64,000 nt of DNA from Diplonema japonicum (Eukaryota; Protista; Euglenozoa: Diplonemea): positions 186,001-250,000 of the forward strand of contig OZ025740.1 of NCBI GenBank assembly GCA_964019335.1. Direction: 5' to 3'. The notes under the pieces are model-generated. The model saw only the letters and a program-made list of their open reading frames with translations, was not told the DNA's origin and made no database searches. Shown piece by piece: positions 35,350 through 46,390 of this stretch (the stretch's first letter is position 1; the number at the start of each line of letters is the position of its first letter). The translations under genes were made by a program, and so were the position numbers.

Positions 35350-37539
35350 CTAAAACGAACTGAAGTTGTCCTTCGTCATGCATTTCTCAGCTACTTTATT
35401 GAGTCTTCCTTCTGCGGGTTGGCCATTCATGTCGCCACCAATGGCCACATCTTCCCGAAGACTGGTTACAACATAGTTCTTTGTGATCCCATGAATGCTG
35501 TAGGTGTTATTCCCCACTGCGGCCGTCCTTCTGAGTTCGCAGTGCATGCCCAGAACATTGCAGGTCTCCGCCACCGTCCCATACAGGCAGAACACATCCC
35601 CGCCCCTCGCCTCCGTGCACAGCATCGATGACAGTTCCACACACTCCCCGAGAACAGCCACGTACTTCTGAGAAGTTGTCCCCACTGTCCCGTGCCGTGC
35701 TGCACTCGTCGACAGGCCCACAGCCATTGTACTAAGCCTTTCGTTGTGCTGAGCCGCTGCTTGGAGCATCCCCACAAATGCAAGGGAGTCCTCCACATGG
35801 GTCCAGCACTCACGCGACATGTTCCACCCCACCGCCACCCTGCTCCCCTGAAGTGACACGATCACCCCGTGAGACCTCTCGCTGCACACGTACACCCGAG
35901 ACAGCATCTCGTTAATCAGGTAGTTCAGTTCTATTCCATTGAGCTTGTCATATTGGATCTCAACATGGCCCACACTTCCCCTCTTGTGCTGAAGAAGCTC
36001 CGTAGTGTGCCTTGGGCTCGAAAAGGTGGTGTCCGTATCCCTGTTGTTCTCACTCTCTTGTTTCGCCTTTTGATTCAGACATTGCTCAACATAAGACCGC
36101 CGCCCCTCCAAACCCTGCGGAAGCAGGATGAAGGGCCGCGTCACTTCCAGACCTTTCAGAACAGTGTCCCCCATTGCTATGACACACACAGTCCCAAAAT
36201 CCCCAACCTCATCCATCACCTCGGGGGTCACAGCGACAGCACCAGCCACACACACCCCTTCCATCCGAGACGCCTTGTTCACAGTGCCCCCGAAGTAGTC
36301 GTACCTCTTCGTCAACTCGTTCATCTGAAGTTCCACCTCACCACAGTGAACCCCAACACGAACCCTGAGCCCACACCAAGGGCCATCGCGTTGATAGGAA
36401 CAGCGATCAAGTAAAAGGAGGCTCGAAGGCCAACTGCCGACAACAAGCTCCTGCTGAAGAGAGAGACCGAAGGAGACAGCCGAGACCGCTGTCTCAAAGG
36501 CTACCATGAAGGCGTCCCCAATGGTCTTCACCTCGTAGCCCCCCTCACACACAATGCAACTTCGGATGACCTTGTTGTGAACCTGAAGTGCCTCCTTCAT
36601 CCCCTCGGGACATGCCTCCCACAACCCAGTCGACCCTTGGATGTCTGTGAAGACAAGTGAAGCACGGCCCGTCTCAACTCCAGGTACGTCAAGAATTGCC
36701 AGAGCACATGCATCTGCCTCAGTGTGCATCTTGTGAAAAAGTGCATCAGGGAGGTAGGGACGGTACTCAGTGAGGTTGGAGAGGATGCTCTCGAAGGCGT
36801 CGTGGAGGGGTAGGGGGAGGGATGAGGTGCTGATGATCTCCTCCGCGGACTGCAGGTCGAAGCGTGACAGGGCGACAGCAATCTCCTCGGTGGCGGTGAT
36901 CACGTTCTGCATAGTTTTTCGTTCCTTTTGAAGGTCCGAAGCGAAACCACGTGTAAAGTAGAAGTCAAGGAGGAAGACCGCTACTTGGAGAGAAAAAATG
37001 CTGAATACAGTGAGGAAGTCCGTTGCGCAAGGTGGATGGGCACAGTCGCATTGTTGTTTCCTCTCGTGGTAGGGGGGGAGGAAGGGCTCGGGGGCATCGA
37101 GCATGCCGAAGCGGAAAATACCTTCAATAGAAGATAAAACGAGCCAGGTGAGGACCATCGCAATGAGGTTCCTGTTCACACGGACAGGGAGGTTGCACAC
37201 AAGCGCTATGTCGATGTAGAGCACAAAGATCGGCCAATACCGTCCCCCATTGCCTGCCTGCTGTCTGCAATCTAGAAGGATAGTATTGAATGCAAAGAGA
37301 TACAGAAGTAGCTCCATTGAAGCGTCTGACACCTTTTTTCGAACAAGCAGGTATATTGTTATAATAGTAAGTGATATGATCCCGGTAATTGTGTACATGA
37401 AGAGCTCCCATCTATCGATAAGCATGAACAGTCCACAAAACCACACTGCAAAGAAGAAGAGAAGGACCATTTTCTTCTTGAACACCGTGATGAGGTCGTC
37501 CTCAGGAAGCAAGACGTAGCTCATAATACATTTCAACAT
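35350..37539 (-). CDS. Membrane-bound class III adenylate cyclase-like protein, copy 1
   Basis: About 6 N-terminal TM helices; VFTDIQGST, EVKTIGDAFM, RVGVHCG and YDYFGGTVNKASR; a degenerate second cyclase-like domain. Confidence 0.92.
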   Translation of the reverse strand: MLKCIMSYVLLPEDDLITVFKKKMVLLFFFAVWFCGLFMLIDRWELFMYTITGIISLTIITIYLLVRKKVSDASMELLLYLFAFNTILLDCRQQAGNGGRYWPIFVLYIDIALVCNLPVRVNRNLIAMVLTWLVLSSIEGIFRFGMLDAPEPFLPPYHERKQQCDCAHPPCATDFLTVFSIFSLQVAVFLLDFYFTRGFASDLQKERKTMQNVITATEEIAVALSRFDLQSAEEIISTSSLPLPLHDAFESILSNLTEYRPYLPDALFHKMHTEADACALAILDVPGVETGRASLVFTDIQGSTGLWEACPEGMKEALQVHNKVIRSCIVCEGGYEVKTIGDAFMVAFETAVSAVSFGLSLQQELVVGSWPSSLLLLDRCSYQRDGPWCGLRVRVGVHCGEVELQMNELTKRYDYFGGTVNKASRMEGVCVAGAVAVTPEVMDEVGDFGTVCVIAMGDTVLKGLEVTRPFILLPQGLEGRRSYVEQCLNQKAKQESENNRDTDTTFSSPRHTTELLQHKRGSVGHVEIQYDKLNGIELNYLINEMLSRVYVCSERSHGVIVSLQGSRVAVGWNMSRECWTHVEDSLAFVGMLQAAAQHNERLSTMAVGLSTSAARHGTVGTTSQKYVAVLGECVELSSMLCTEARGGDVFCLYGTVAETCNVLGMHCELRRTAAVGNNTYSIHGITKNYVVTSLREDVAIGGDMNGQPAEGRLNKVAEKCMTKDNFSSF

Positions 37540-37784
37540 TGTGTACCCCCCTTTCCCCTCCCCTGTTGTGTATTCAGAAAACAAAAAAGGGGATAGGGTG
37601 TAAAGCATTGTAACACCATGTTGGTTGCGAAAGGGCACCAAGGAAAGTGTTTCCAACCTCTCGGAGACCACCGTTTTGCCCACCTTTGAAAACTGAAAAG
37701 GTTATCGACACTAATCACGGAACCTTAAAAATACTATTTTCCTTCCGGAACTTCTATTTTCGGTAGTTTTTCGGTTACAGTTAA

Positions 37785-38064
37785 CCCTTAAACGCCCAAC
37801 TGCTTCTGTAGAAGCAGTTAATAGGTGTAATTGTTCTGTGATCATCTAGACCAAAGCCTCGGATCGGTTTTCATAAAAAAAAGATGGAATGGAAAGATAT
37901 TGAAAATCTACGTTAAATGCGCTATTTGTATCCATCTGGAACCTCATAACTTCATCCCAGAACGGGGTGCCAAGACACTGGGTGACACCAAAAATGGGCA
38001 TTTTCCGGATTTTCATGATTTTTCCATGATTTTTTCCCTCTTTTTTTTTTTTTTTCTCCGAGTC
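37785..38064 (+). mobile_element. piggyBac terminal region (end A)
   Basis: TTAA-CCCTTAAACGCCCA; about 280 bp nearly identical to 41249-41521. Confidence 0.85.
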
Positions 38065-39049
38065 TGCTGACAACTGTTGTAAAATACAAAACATGGTCCA
38101 CCGCGAATTTCTCCGTCCACTCCCCTGTTCCGGGTGATCTCGACGTTTCGTTTAAAACTGATACAAGAGAATCTGCAAACTTTGACACCGCTTCGGTTCG
38201 ATCCTCCTGGTTCTCTGATATGAATTCAGCATAGGAACCCTCGGCTTTCTGAAGCGTTTCCGAAACATATTTCGAAACAAGGCACGAGCTTTTGAACCGT
38301 TGTAAAGCGTGGGTGAACCACAGGTCCGGGTTGACACCAAAGTACACGTTTAGTTCTTGTTCTGTTTTGTCGCTGTTGCATAACGCGTGGCATGGCTTCA
38401 AGGCTTCCGTCAAGATCCTCCATGACGCAATCGCGTCTGCAGGTGGTTTTCCGGCTATCTTTGCCACACCGTCGTCCCATATAAGCATTAGCTTGTCGAT
38501 CCTTCCGTGCAGCTCTCGAGACTTTGACACTAATTTCGTCAACCCTAACGGTTTTGCCGGGGACATTGAAACAAGTTTCTTCCACGTTTTGCAGACACGT
38601 TCCGCTGCCACGCATGTTAAATAATCAAAAAAATGAATAAGACTGTGCTCGAGTACATCTACTGGGAACGGCTGCTTGCTGTAGTGTATCCTGTCGGGTT
38701 TCCTTTGAGCGGGAGCCTTGCCTCTTTGAAATGAAGGGGAGGGTTGTTGTTGTTGTTGTTGTTGTTGCTGTTGTTGTGCGCTTTCGCGGCGAGCGGGTGG
38801 GTGTGGCGGGCCGGTACGCATTGCCGGCATGACTAGTTGTCCCCATTTTACAGCCTCTGCTTGTTTCATGGTCTTAAGAACGCCTTCTAGCACGCCTGCC
38901 TGTTGTGTGTTGTGGACTGCCCTGTCGCATTGGACAGACCCCGCTCGCCTCACTGGTGGCCGTACCACCACCACGATTTCGCAGTCGTTTTCTTCAGTTG
39001 TTGCGCGTCTTGTCTGCATCACCTTTCGTGCGCCGCATACCTTTATCAT
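37952..39049 (-). CDS. F-box protein with polyQ; C-terminus reads into a piggyBac end
   Basis: FPVDVLEHSLIHFFDYLTCVAAERVCKTWK F-box motif. The last ~37 codons and the stop lie within the repeat. Confidence 0.65.
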   Translation of the reverse strand: MIKVCGARKVMQTRRATTEENDCEIVVVVRPPVRRAGSVQCDRAVHNTQQAGVLEGVLKTMKQAEAVKWGQLVMPAMRTGPPHPPARRESAQQQQQQQQQQQPSPSFQRGKAPAQRKPDRIHYSKQPFPVDVLEHSLIHFFDYLTCVAAERVCKTWKKLVSMSPAKPLGLTKLVSKSRELHGRIDKLMLIWDDGVAKIAGKPPADAIASWRILTEALKPCHALCNSDKTEQELNVYFGVNPDLWFTHALQRFKSSCLVSKYVSETLQKAEGSYAEFISENQEDRTEAVSKFADSLVSVLNETSRSPGTGEWTEKFAVDHVLYFTTVVSRLGEKKKKRGKKSWKNHENPENAHFWCHPVSWHPVLG

Positions 39050-39331
39050 GTTGGGCCTCCACCTCCCCCCCTTTCGGTGTTTGTTGGATTTTGAAAAAAA
39101 AATTTTTTTTTGGAGAGAGAAAAAAAAGGGGGGGAGGTTGGACGGAGATAGACACACCTCTGGAGGTCTCCAGATTGGGGAATTCACTCTCGACAACGAG
39201 GCCATAGAAAATGGGGAAGAGGGGGGAAAGAGAAAAAAAAAAAATGTTTTTAAAAGAAGTCTTTAGACGCCTCCCCTTTTTTTTCAGCAGCGGTTAAAGA
39301 AAAAATAATTCTTTTCTTTTTTTTCTTTTAA

Positions 39332-41133
39332 CCATCTATCAACGAGCGTCTATATATAGACGATTTGAAAAAAAATCTTTTACGCAAAGGGCTTTCAATG
39401 CAATACGGCCCGGCCCTTTCTTGCCGGCGGGGTCCTGCGCGGAAAATATGAAAAATATAAACTAAATGCTGCCCTAACTTAACAAGAAAATGAAAAAATA
39501 AAAAAAAACGCCAGCCCAAATTTACCCTTAAAAATCACTTCAAAAAAAGGCGCCCGGAAAGAGGCCGGAAGAGGACGTCATGAGTGATGGCAGCACTGAT
39601 GGCTCATCCCTATTATGCAATTTTGATACAAACAGTGATTCTGACACGAATTCGACCGATTCCGAGTCACAGCAGGGTGATTGGACGGCAAAGCCGGAGC
39701 AGTTGGAAGGCATCCGGTTTCGTGAAGATCGGAATCCTTGTGGACCCTGTTTTGACATCAAAGGCTCAACGCCATTCCATATATTCTCCAAATGCTCGTC
39801 CCAAACTTTATTCGGGTCATAACTTCGAACAATGTGGCAAATGCGGCTAAAAAAGGTGTCTCCCTGGATCTCGATGCTGCTTCTCTGCGTACCTTCCTAG
39901 GTGTCCTTTTGTCGATGGACTTGGATATCAAGCCAGATTATTCTGATTACTGGCGCACTGGCTCCACGTTTCTCAACTACACCCCTGGGTACGCCACCGT
40001 CATGTCAAGAGACCGCTTTTTGACTATTCTGGGAAATCTGTGTTTCCACAGCGAAACAAACAAGCGTGCTGACTTCTACCTATCGCGAAGGCCTCCCGGA
40101 GATCATGGATGCCCCAAAGAAGCGAGGCCGCAAGCCCAAGGACGCGCGTCCCGTGGGGACACAGTTCCACCAGCACGCGAGCATCCTTTGCACCACAACG
40201 TGGCATGACATCAAGCCTGTGCGCTTTCTATCGACGTTGGATGTTCCAGTGAAGTCAACTTTGACCGTCCGCCAAAAGAGAATGAAAGCCGGAAAGGACA
40301 TCTTGTTCCCCACCAAGTGCATATTTACAACACCGCAATGGGCGGAACCGACGCTGGGTGATGCTGTGACAAAACGCCATAAACGCACCCTTATGACTTA
40401 AAAGTGGCCCCTAAAAGTATTTTCGTACTTGTTAGGTAAATCTCTGGCGAATGCTTGGCTTGTTTGGAAAGAAGCCTTGCCCCCCAACACCCTGAGTACG
40501 AACGACAGTGTATTGACGCCTTTCAAAGAGGCAGTCATCGAAGGGCTACTAGGGAGGCAGTCTAAACAACAGATAAAGTCAACTACAGAGCAGGCTGCCC
40601 CAATACCATGCCCCGAAACACAGAACGAGTGCTCTGAGACCCCAATGCGCCGTGACAGTACCTTCTGGGACCATTTCCCCGAAAAAGTAGTGCAACGTGC
40701 GGTGCAAGCATTTCAAGTCGAAAAGACCCCTATTTCAGTGTTCAGCCTGCTTGGTACAACTTTGCGTGACTCCGTGCTTCAAAGACTGCCACCTTGCCGG
40801 GGATACCCCCAGAAACCCCTCCCGGGGTCAAAAAAGAAGTTCCCCAGCCCTGGGGCACGTACGAACCGCGTCAAGAAGGCCTTAAATAGCTTTTTATAGA
40901 ATTTTACAGTCGATTTTTTTTGACTTGTTTTTTGTACCCCCTCTCGAGCACTTCAGGAACGATATTTTTGACAATGTTGTGGGGGTGGGCCCTGCTGTGG
41001 GCACCCTCTCTAGAATTGGGACATCTGGAGGCATTTCCGGGGGCATATAGCCCCGGCGTTGCGCTAGAATAGCTTTTTTTGAAGTTTTGAAAATTTACCC
41101 CCTGGTGGGCAAAAATGGTCCGTTGGTAGATGG
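39332..41133 (+). mobile_element. Defective piggyBac transposon with transposase pseudogene (39580-40885)
   Basis: TTAA TSDs and TIR CCATCTATCAACG / CGTTGGTAGATGG. Motifs FLGVLLSM..DYW..MSRDRF..IL, WHDIKPVRFLST, YNTAMGGTD..D, KWPLKVF..NAW and a Cys-rich C-terminus. The central catalytic region is deleted and there are frameshifts. Confidence 0.92.
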
Positions 41134-41248
41134 TTAAGAAAGATTAATGTTTCTTTCTGTTCTTCTTTTCTTTTTTTCTTTTTTGATTCCTTTCCTCTTC
41201 TTTGTATGACAACAATAGTAAATAAATTCTGTTTTTTTTTCTTCTTAA

Positions 41249-42778
41249 CCCTTAAACGCCCAACTGCTTCTGTAGAAGCAGTTAATAGGTGTAATTGTTC
41301 TGTGATCATCTAGACCAAAGCCTCGGATCGGTTTTCATAAAAAAATGATGGAATGGAAAGATATTGAAAATCTGCGTTAAATGCGCTATTTGTATCTGGA
41401 ACCTCAACTTCATCCCAGAACGGGGTGCCAAGACACTGGGTGACACCAAAAATGGGCATTTTCCGGATTTTCATGATTTTTCCATGATTTCTTCCCTCTT
41501 TTTTTTTTTTTTTCCCGAGTCACTAGGCCTTATCAAAATCAGCATGCCAGCACACAACAGGAGCAGTTCCCGTCGACCTGCAATGTTCATATGGGTTAAA
41601 TCCACCTCTCTACCTCAATCCTCGTTTCTTTTTTATTTACCAGGACCGCGATGACGATGTAGTTATGGGTCCGGTTGGGATCCTACGAAACAGGTGGCCC
41701 ACCTTTCTGGAGAACGGATGGTTTTTTTGTAGTCGGGGATGCACTCGTTCTTCGTCGCGTCCCAATGGCACCTCCCGCAGTCCCTCTGGGCAGTCTGCAT
41801 TCGGCACCTTCAACCACTTCTCCCGCACGAAGATCGCTCCACAGGGCTTCGGGTCGCATTTGGTCCCGTCCCACTTGCACAGGAGGTTCGGGTCGCTCGT
41901 GCAGGCCCTCTGGTCGATCGTCCCCATCGTCGTCGTGTTCGGTCCCAGCCCGGGGTACTTCGTGGTGTGCGTGGTCACACGGGAAACGGATGGCCTGGTG
42001 TGGAAACCAGCACTGGTGTGACGTTTGCAACCACCGATCCCAGACGATGGCCAGCATAACGGAGCATGCATGGGTAAAGCAAGCAGAGTGAAGTGAGAAG
42101 GCCTCCCGTCTGCCACAGCCCACCACAAGATTATCCCAAGCGAAAGTAGTTCAAAGCAAAGGAATGTGCCGGTGCAACAATACCTCCTGAAATTGTGACC
42201 GAGCAGCTGGAAAAAGGAAGAGAGTGCTCACCTCCAACCCCTGGGATGACCCCCCCGGGTAAGCGGAAGTCCAGAAATGCTCAGCACGATGCGGAAAAGT
42301 CAGCCTTCCCGGCCAACGCCAAACCGAGAGTGCATACCTCTGGCACCTTGGACACAGCTACGGCACGAGGTCTCTTCTCCTCGAACCAAATTGCCTCCCT
42401 GCCTTGCACAACTCCATGTAAATGTTTCTCGCCCAGATGCCGTCCATCTCATTGCGACAAACAGTCACCGCAGGCACCAGAACAGTGAACACCCCCATCC
42501 CCCATGCACACTGAGACTTTAGCGCGTTTCGCATGCATGATTTCCAGGAAAAGCGAATGAACTCATGGCATCCGGTCTATGCACCCCCATGGGTCGAAAA
42601 CACTAAATATTTAGTGGAATGAACGCAAATCTTTCAAATCTTTCAAATGCGTACCTCGAATAATCAAAAAATAACCTCAAGACTCAGCATGTTTGACCCA
42701 ATGCCAACAAAAACCCAAAATCGAAAAAGTTCGAAAATCAATTACCCCCCCCCCCCCCCCCCCCTGGGCGTCTAAGGG
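41249..42778. mobile_element. Non-autonomous piggyBac carrying LINE and host-gene fragments
   Basis: TTAA TSDs and TIR CCCTTAAACGCCCA / TGGGCGTCTAAGGG. Internal 41640-42520 is homologous to LINE 51300-52520. Confidence 0.88.
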
Positions 42779-42789
42779 TTAAAAAAAAA

Positions 42790-42930
42790 TTCTTTATGAC
42801 TATATGTCTTTGTTGTTCGCACGAGCAAAAAAGGTTTTTAAAAAGCTGCGAAGGTTTTTTACTCGTGGCACAAGTTGCATATAGTTATGAAATCATTTTT
42901 TGAAAGATAAATATTTGTAACAAAAAAAAA
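42790..42930. repeat. About 140-bp interspersed repeat
   Basis: CTTTATGACTATATGTCTTTGTTGTTCGCACGAGC...GATAAATATTTGTAAC also occurs at 35217-35345 and 48878-49005, and in degenerate form at about 26000, 26425 and 28290. Confidence 0.8.
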
Positions 42931-43061
42931 AAAGTCGATTGAGTACAGCTGGGGATCTACCTTTGAAGGATACGCCCAACTACACCACTTAACCCATAGC
43001 ACTTCAAGGCGCAAATATTTTTTTTTTTGTTTTAACAATATTAATAATTTTCTGAACTTAA

Positions 43062-43151
43062 CCCTTATCAGCCCAGGGGGGGTTGAATTGATTGGACACA
43101 GGGAACAGCACCCCCATTAACGACTTATATGAGCCGTTGGGCGGATAAGGG
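43062..43151. mobile_element. 90-bp piggyBac MITE
   Basis: TTAA-CCCTTATCAGCCCA ... TGGGCGGATAAGGG-TTAA. Confidence 0.85.
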
Positions 43152-43324
43152 TTAAAAGGAGAAAAAAAAGGGGGACCCCCCCCCCCCCCCCCTTCGCAGA
43201 TAGGCCCCGGAGGGTTATGCGTTAAAAATAACAATTCATTGTCAATATAATATTGTTTTTATTTTTCTTGTTCAGGCAAAAAGAAAAAAAACGCACCCGT
43301 ATGTATAAAAACGGGGGGGGGGGG

Positions 43325-46300
43325 TAGGGGGTCATATGGTCCTTAAAAAGGGCCACTTTTTGCGATTTTCCGGTTTTTTCGCTAAGGGCATTTTGGGCCC
43401 TTAAAAAGCCTCTAACCACCCCCAAAAGTGTCCACAAATCGTTCAAACCCCCGTTTCCCGGTGGTTTTTGGCCCCAGAAAGGCCCAGGATCGTGTTTTAA
43501 TTTTGGGGCCCCCGTTTGGTACCAGAGGGGGGTCCCAAAGGGGTACCCCGTATGTGTGTATTTCCACCCCTCACTATGACATAGGGTTCCACTGTTTTTA
43601 TCGAGAAAAACATGGGAAGGATAGAAAAAGTCAGCACTGAAGCTACGAATGCAGCGAGGCGGTTTTTGGCGAAGATCATCTGCTCCGATACGACGATCTG
43701 CTGGATGACTGGGAAGGAGGTCCTGAATCTGCGTAGTGAGTTGATGGGACCCCGGAGCGGTACGTTGACGTGCGAGAAATTCTTGAAGGGTCTCTCAAGG
43801 GTCGGTGCCGTGAGAAAGAGGACGAAAAGTAAGGGTGTGCGGCAATATGTGTGGTGCGCACACTGTAAACATGCTGAGCTGATGTCCCGTCCGAAACCCA
43901 GCAACATGGACGTGGATAAAGATGCACATAATGAAGATAAAGATAAAGATAAAGATAAACATGAAGAAGATGAAGATGAAGATGATGAGGAAGATGAAGA
44001 TGAAGATGAAGATGAAGACGAAGATGAAGACGAAGATGAAGATGAAGATGATGAGGAAGATGAAGATGAAGATGAAGATGAAGATGAAGATGAAGATGAA
44101 GATGAAGATGAAGATGAAGATGAAGATGAAGATGAAGATGAAGATGAAGATGAAGATGAAGATGAAGATGAAGATGAAGATGAAGATGAAGATGATGAGG
44201 AAGATGAAGATGATGAAGAGGACGGGGACGAAGAAGAAGACAAGCAGAGCTCAGAGTCAGCCCAGAGACAGGATACTGCAAAGTACGTCTCCAAGAGGGC
44301 GCACGACCGTCTACTCCGCCGGTTCAAACGTCTGAAGAAGAGGTGTCAGAACACTCCTCTGTCCTTGTACAACGAGGACGGAAGCTACTCCCCCGCTGTT
44401 GTTGTGAGTATACAGATTTTGCGGGGTTGTGGAATTGGTGCCGAGATGTGTGGGATTGTCCTGAGTGACATCTTGGAAGCGCTGATGGGCACCCGGGGGA
44501 AAGGAAAAGGGATCTCCAAAGGATTTGTGAAGTCGACGGATGCTTACAGTGGCCCTATGAGCGCATCAAGGTTTCTCGATGTTCTCCGAAGCAAGGGTGG
44601 AGAGGTTGAAATGGCAACTGATGTCTCAGCGGGTTCCCGAGATCAAAAGGGGATCAAATTCTCCCCGCTGGCATTCACCACGCGAAACCCTTGGTAAACG
44701 TTCTTCTTCTTTCAATCGATTGTTATATGTACTTATAAAATATAAAATATAGCGCGCATTCGACGACACTGATCAAGCGACTGGCACCTTCCGAAGAAGG
44801 GCCTCCCACGTCCGCCGGGTTGAGCAGAGGATGCCCCGGGGCGGCCGTTCCAGTCTGATCAGATGTGTCAGTAGGAGAAGGATCTCGTGCAGAAGAAAAA
44901 AAGAACCAGATAGCACGTGCCCAGGAAACGGCAGTTGCCCACGGCTTCAGAAAGCCCTCTCTTTGCGTTGTGGACCACGAGTCAACGGCATTCGCAATGT
45001 GCCGCGCAGCGAAGGTACAGCCCTCTGGGTGTACAGGACACAAGTGGAAGCACCTGGCATTAGATCTGCATTGACCTCCGCCGTTGTAACTTTGCAAACA
45101 GCAATGTGCCCGTCAAGTACAAATGCCACCACAGGGTGTGGGATGAAAACCGTATCATCGCTTCTCGCCGCTAACGAGGGTAACCTTCCACGAGGGTTTA
45201 AATTTAGCCGACAAACGGGCACCAAGTATGGGTGGTTGGCAGAGTCTTTGTCGATTCCTCCACAACAGGGATGCCATCGAAGAGCAGAGAGCCCTCGATA
45301 ACTTGTACATCCCTGGCAGTGACGCGATGACATTGTTGCTGGACCCGTCTTGTTTGCCTGAACTCGCCGCAATCACCATTTGCTATGCTTGGTTTTTGGC
45401 AACAATGAGACTTGTAAAGCAAGATGACAACAACGAGGGTGAACTTCCTGTCCTTGCAGTGCGGGCGCTGTTTCCGAAGATGCGACGATGGATTGTTGCA
45501 CTAACTCGAGTGAAATCGAGGTTTCCTGACTGGCTGGGGGTCGAAGCTGGTTCACCTGTTGGCTTTGGCGAGGCCCGCAGGTATCTTAACGCAGAATCTG
45601 CCACCATTCTGAGGGGTTTCGCAAAGAGCATGTTGTCAACCTTTGATCACTTCGTCGCCAAAGATTCGGCGCTTCCCGAAGACACCGCAGCGAACCTGCC
45701 GGGCAGCATGACTACATTGAAGGGTTTCACGGTACTGTAGGCACTGTGTACAGCCGCCTCACGAGCATCAATCCTCTCAGAGCAGCAAGCATTGCCCAGA
45801 ATAAGCACAACAAGGCAGCTATGAAAAGGGCGAATGTGCCTCTGCTTCCCTCGTTCGATACTCTGAAGGCTCACAGGAGCAAAGGGCAGATTGAGCCCAT
45901 GGCAAGCGTCATGAGAAGAGTCAGCATATCCTCCAGAAGGTCAGCCCTGAGAACAAAATACAAAAGCACGGGGGTTTCAGAATTGAGAGAGATTGCTGAA
46001 GACCTGGGTGTTGACGTGACTCATCTGAACAGGCCGAGTGTGATCGAAGCACTAGTTGATTTCAAGTTTTCACCCACTTCGTAATCCCCCCCAGTCACCC
46101 CCATACCACAAAACACTCTTTTTACGTGTGTCCCCTTTTTTTTTGCTTGCTTAGGGGGTTTGGAATACACATATACAGGGTACCCCTTTGGGACCCCCCT
46201 CTGGTACCAAACGGGGGCCCCAAAATTAAAACACGATCCTGGGCCTTTCTGGGGCCAAAAACCACCGGGAAACGGGGGTTTGAACGATTTGTGGGCACTT

Positions 46301-46390
46301 TTGGGGTGGTTAGAGTCTTTTTAAGGGCTCAAAATGCCCTTATCGAACAAACTGAAAAATCGCAAAAAACGACCCCCTTATGACCCCCCC
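43325..46390 (+). mobile_element. DNA transposon with about 240-bp TIRs and a disrupted CxxH-type DDE transposase (43612-46084)
   Basis: Inverted repeats at 43325-43570 and 46154-46390; intron 44694-44752. Candidate catalytic motifs MATDVS, VVDHES, CTGH and DYIEGFHG. C-terminal SAP/Rho-N-like helix pair; stops and frameshifts. Confidence 0.8.
43932..44240 (+). repeat. (GAAGAT)n microsatellite encoding poly-(ED)
   Basis: Visible directly and in frame in ORF 43612-44697. Confidence 0.95.

Noticed and set aside
39261-39277. CTTTAGACGCC as the closing TIR of the 37785 element
   Set aside because: Wrong orientation, degenerate and lacking an adjacent TTAA.
43497-44335. Poly-Ser, (HL)n and (MK)n ORFs
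   Set aside because: Alternative frames of the GAAGAT microsatellite; the ED frame is continuous with the transposase-like ORF.
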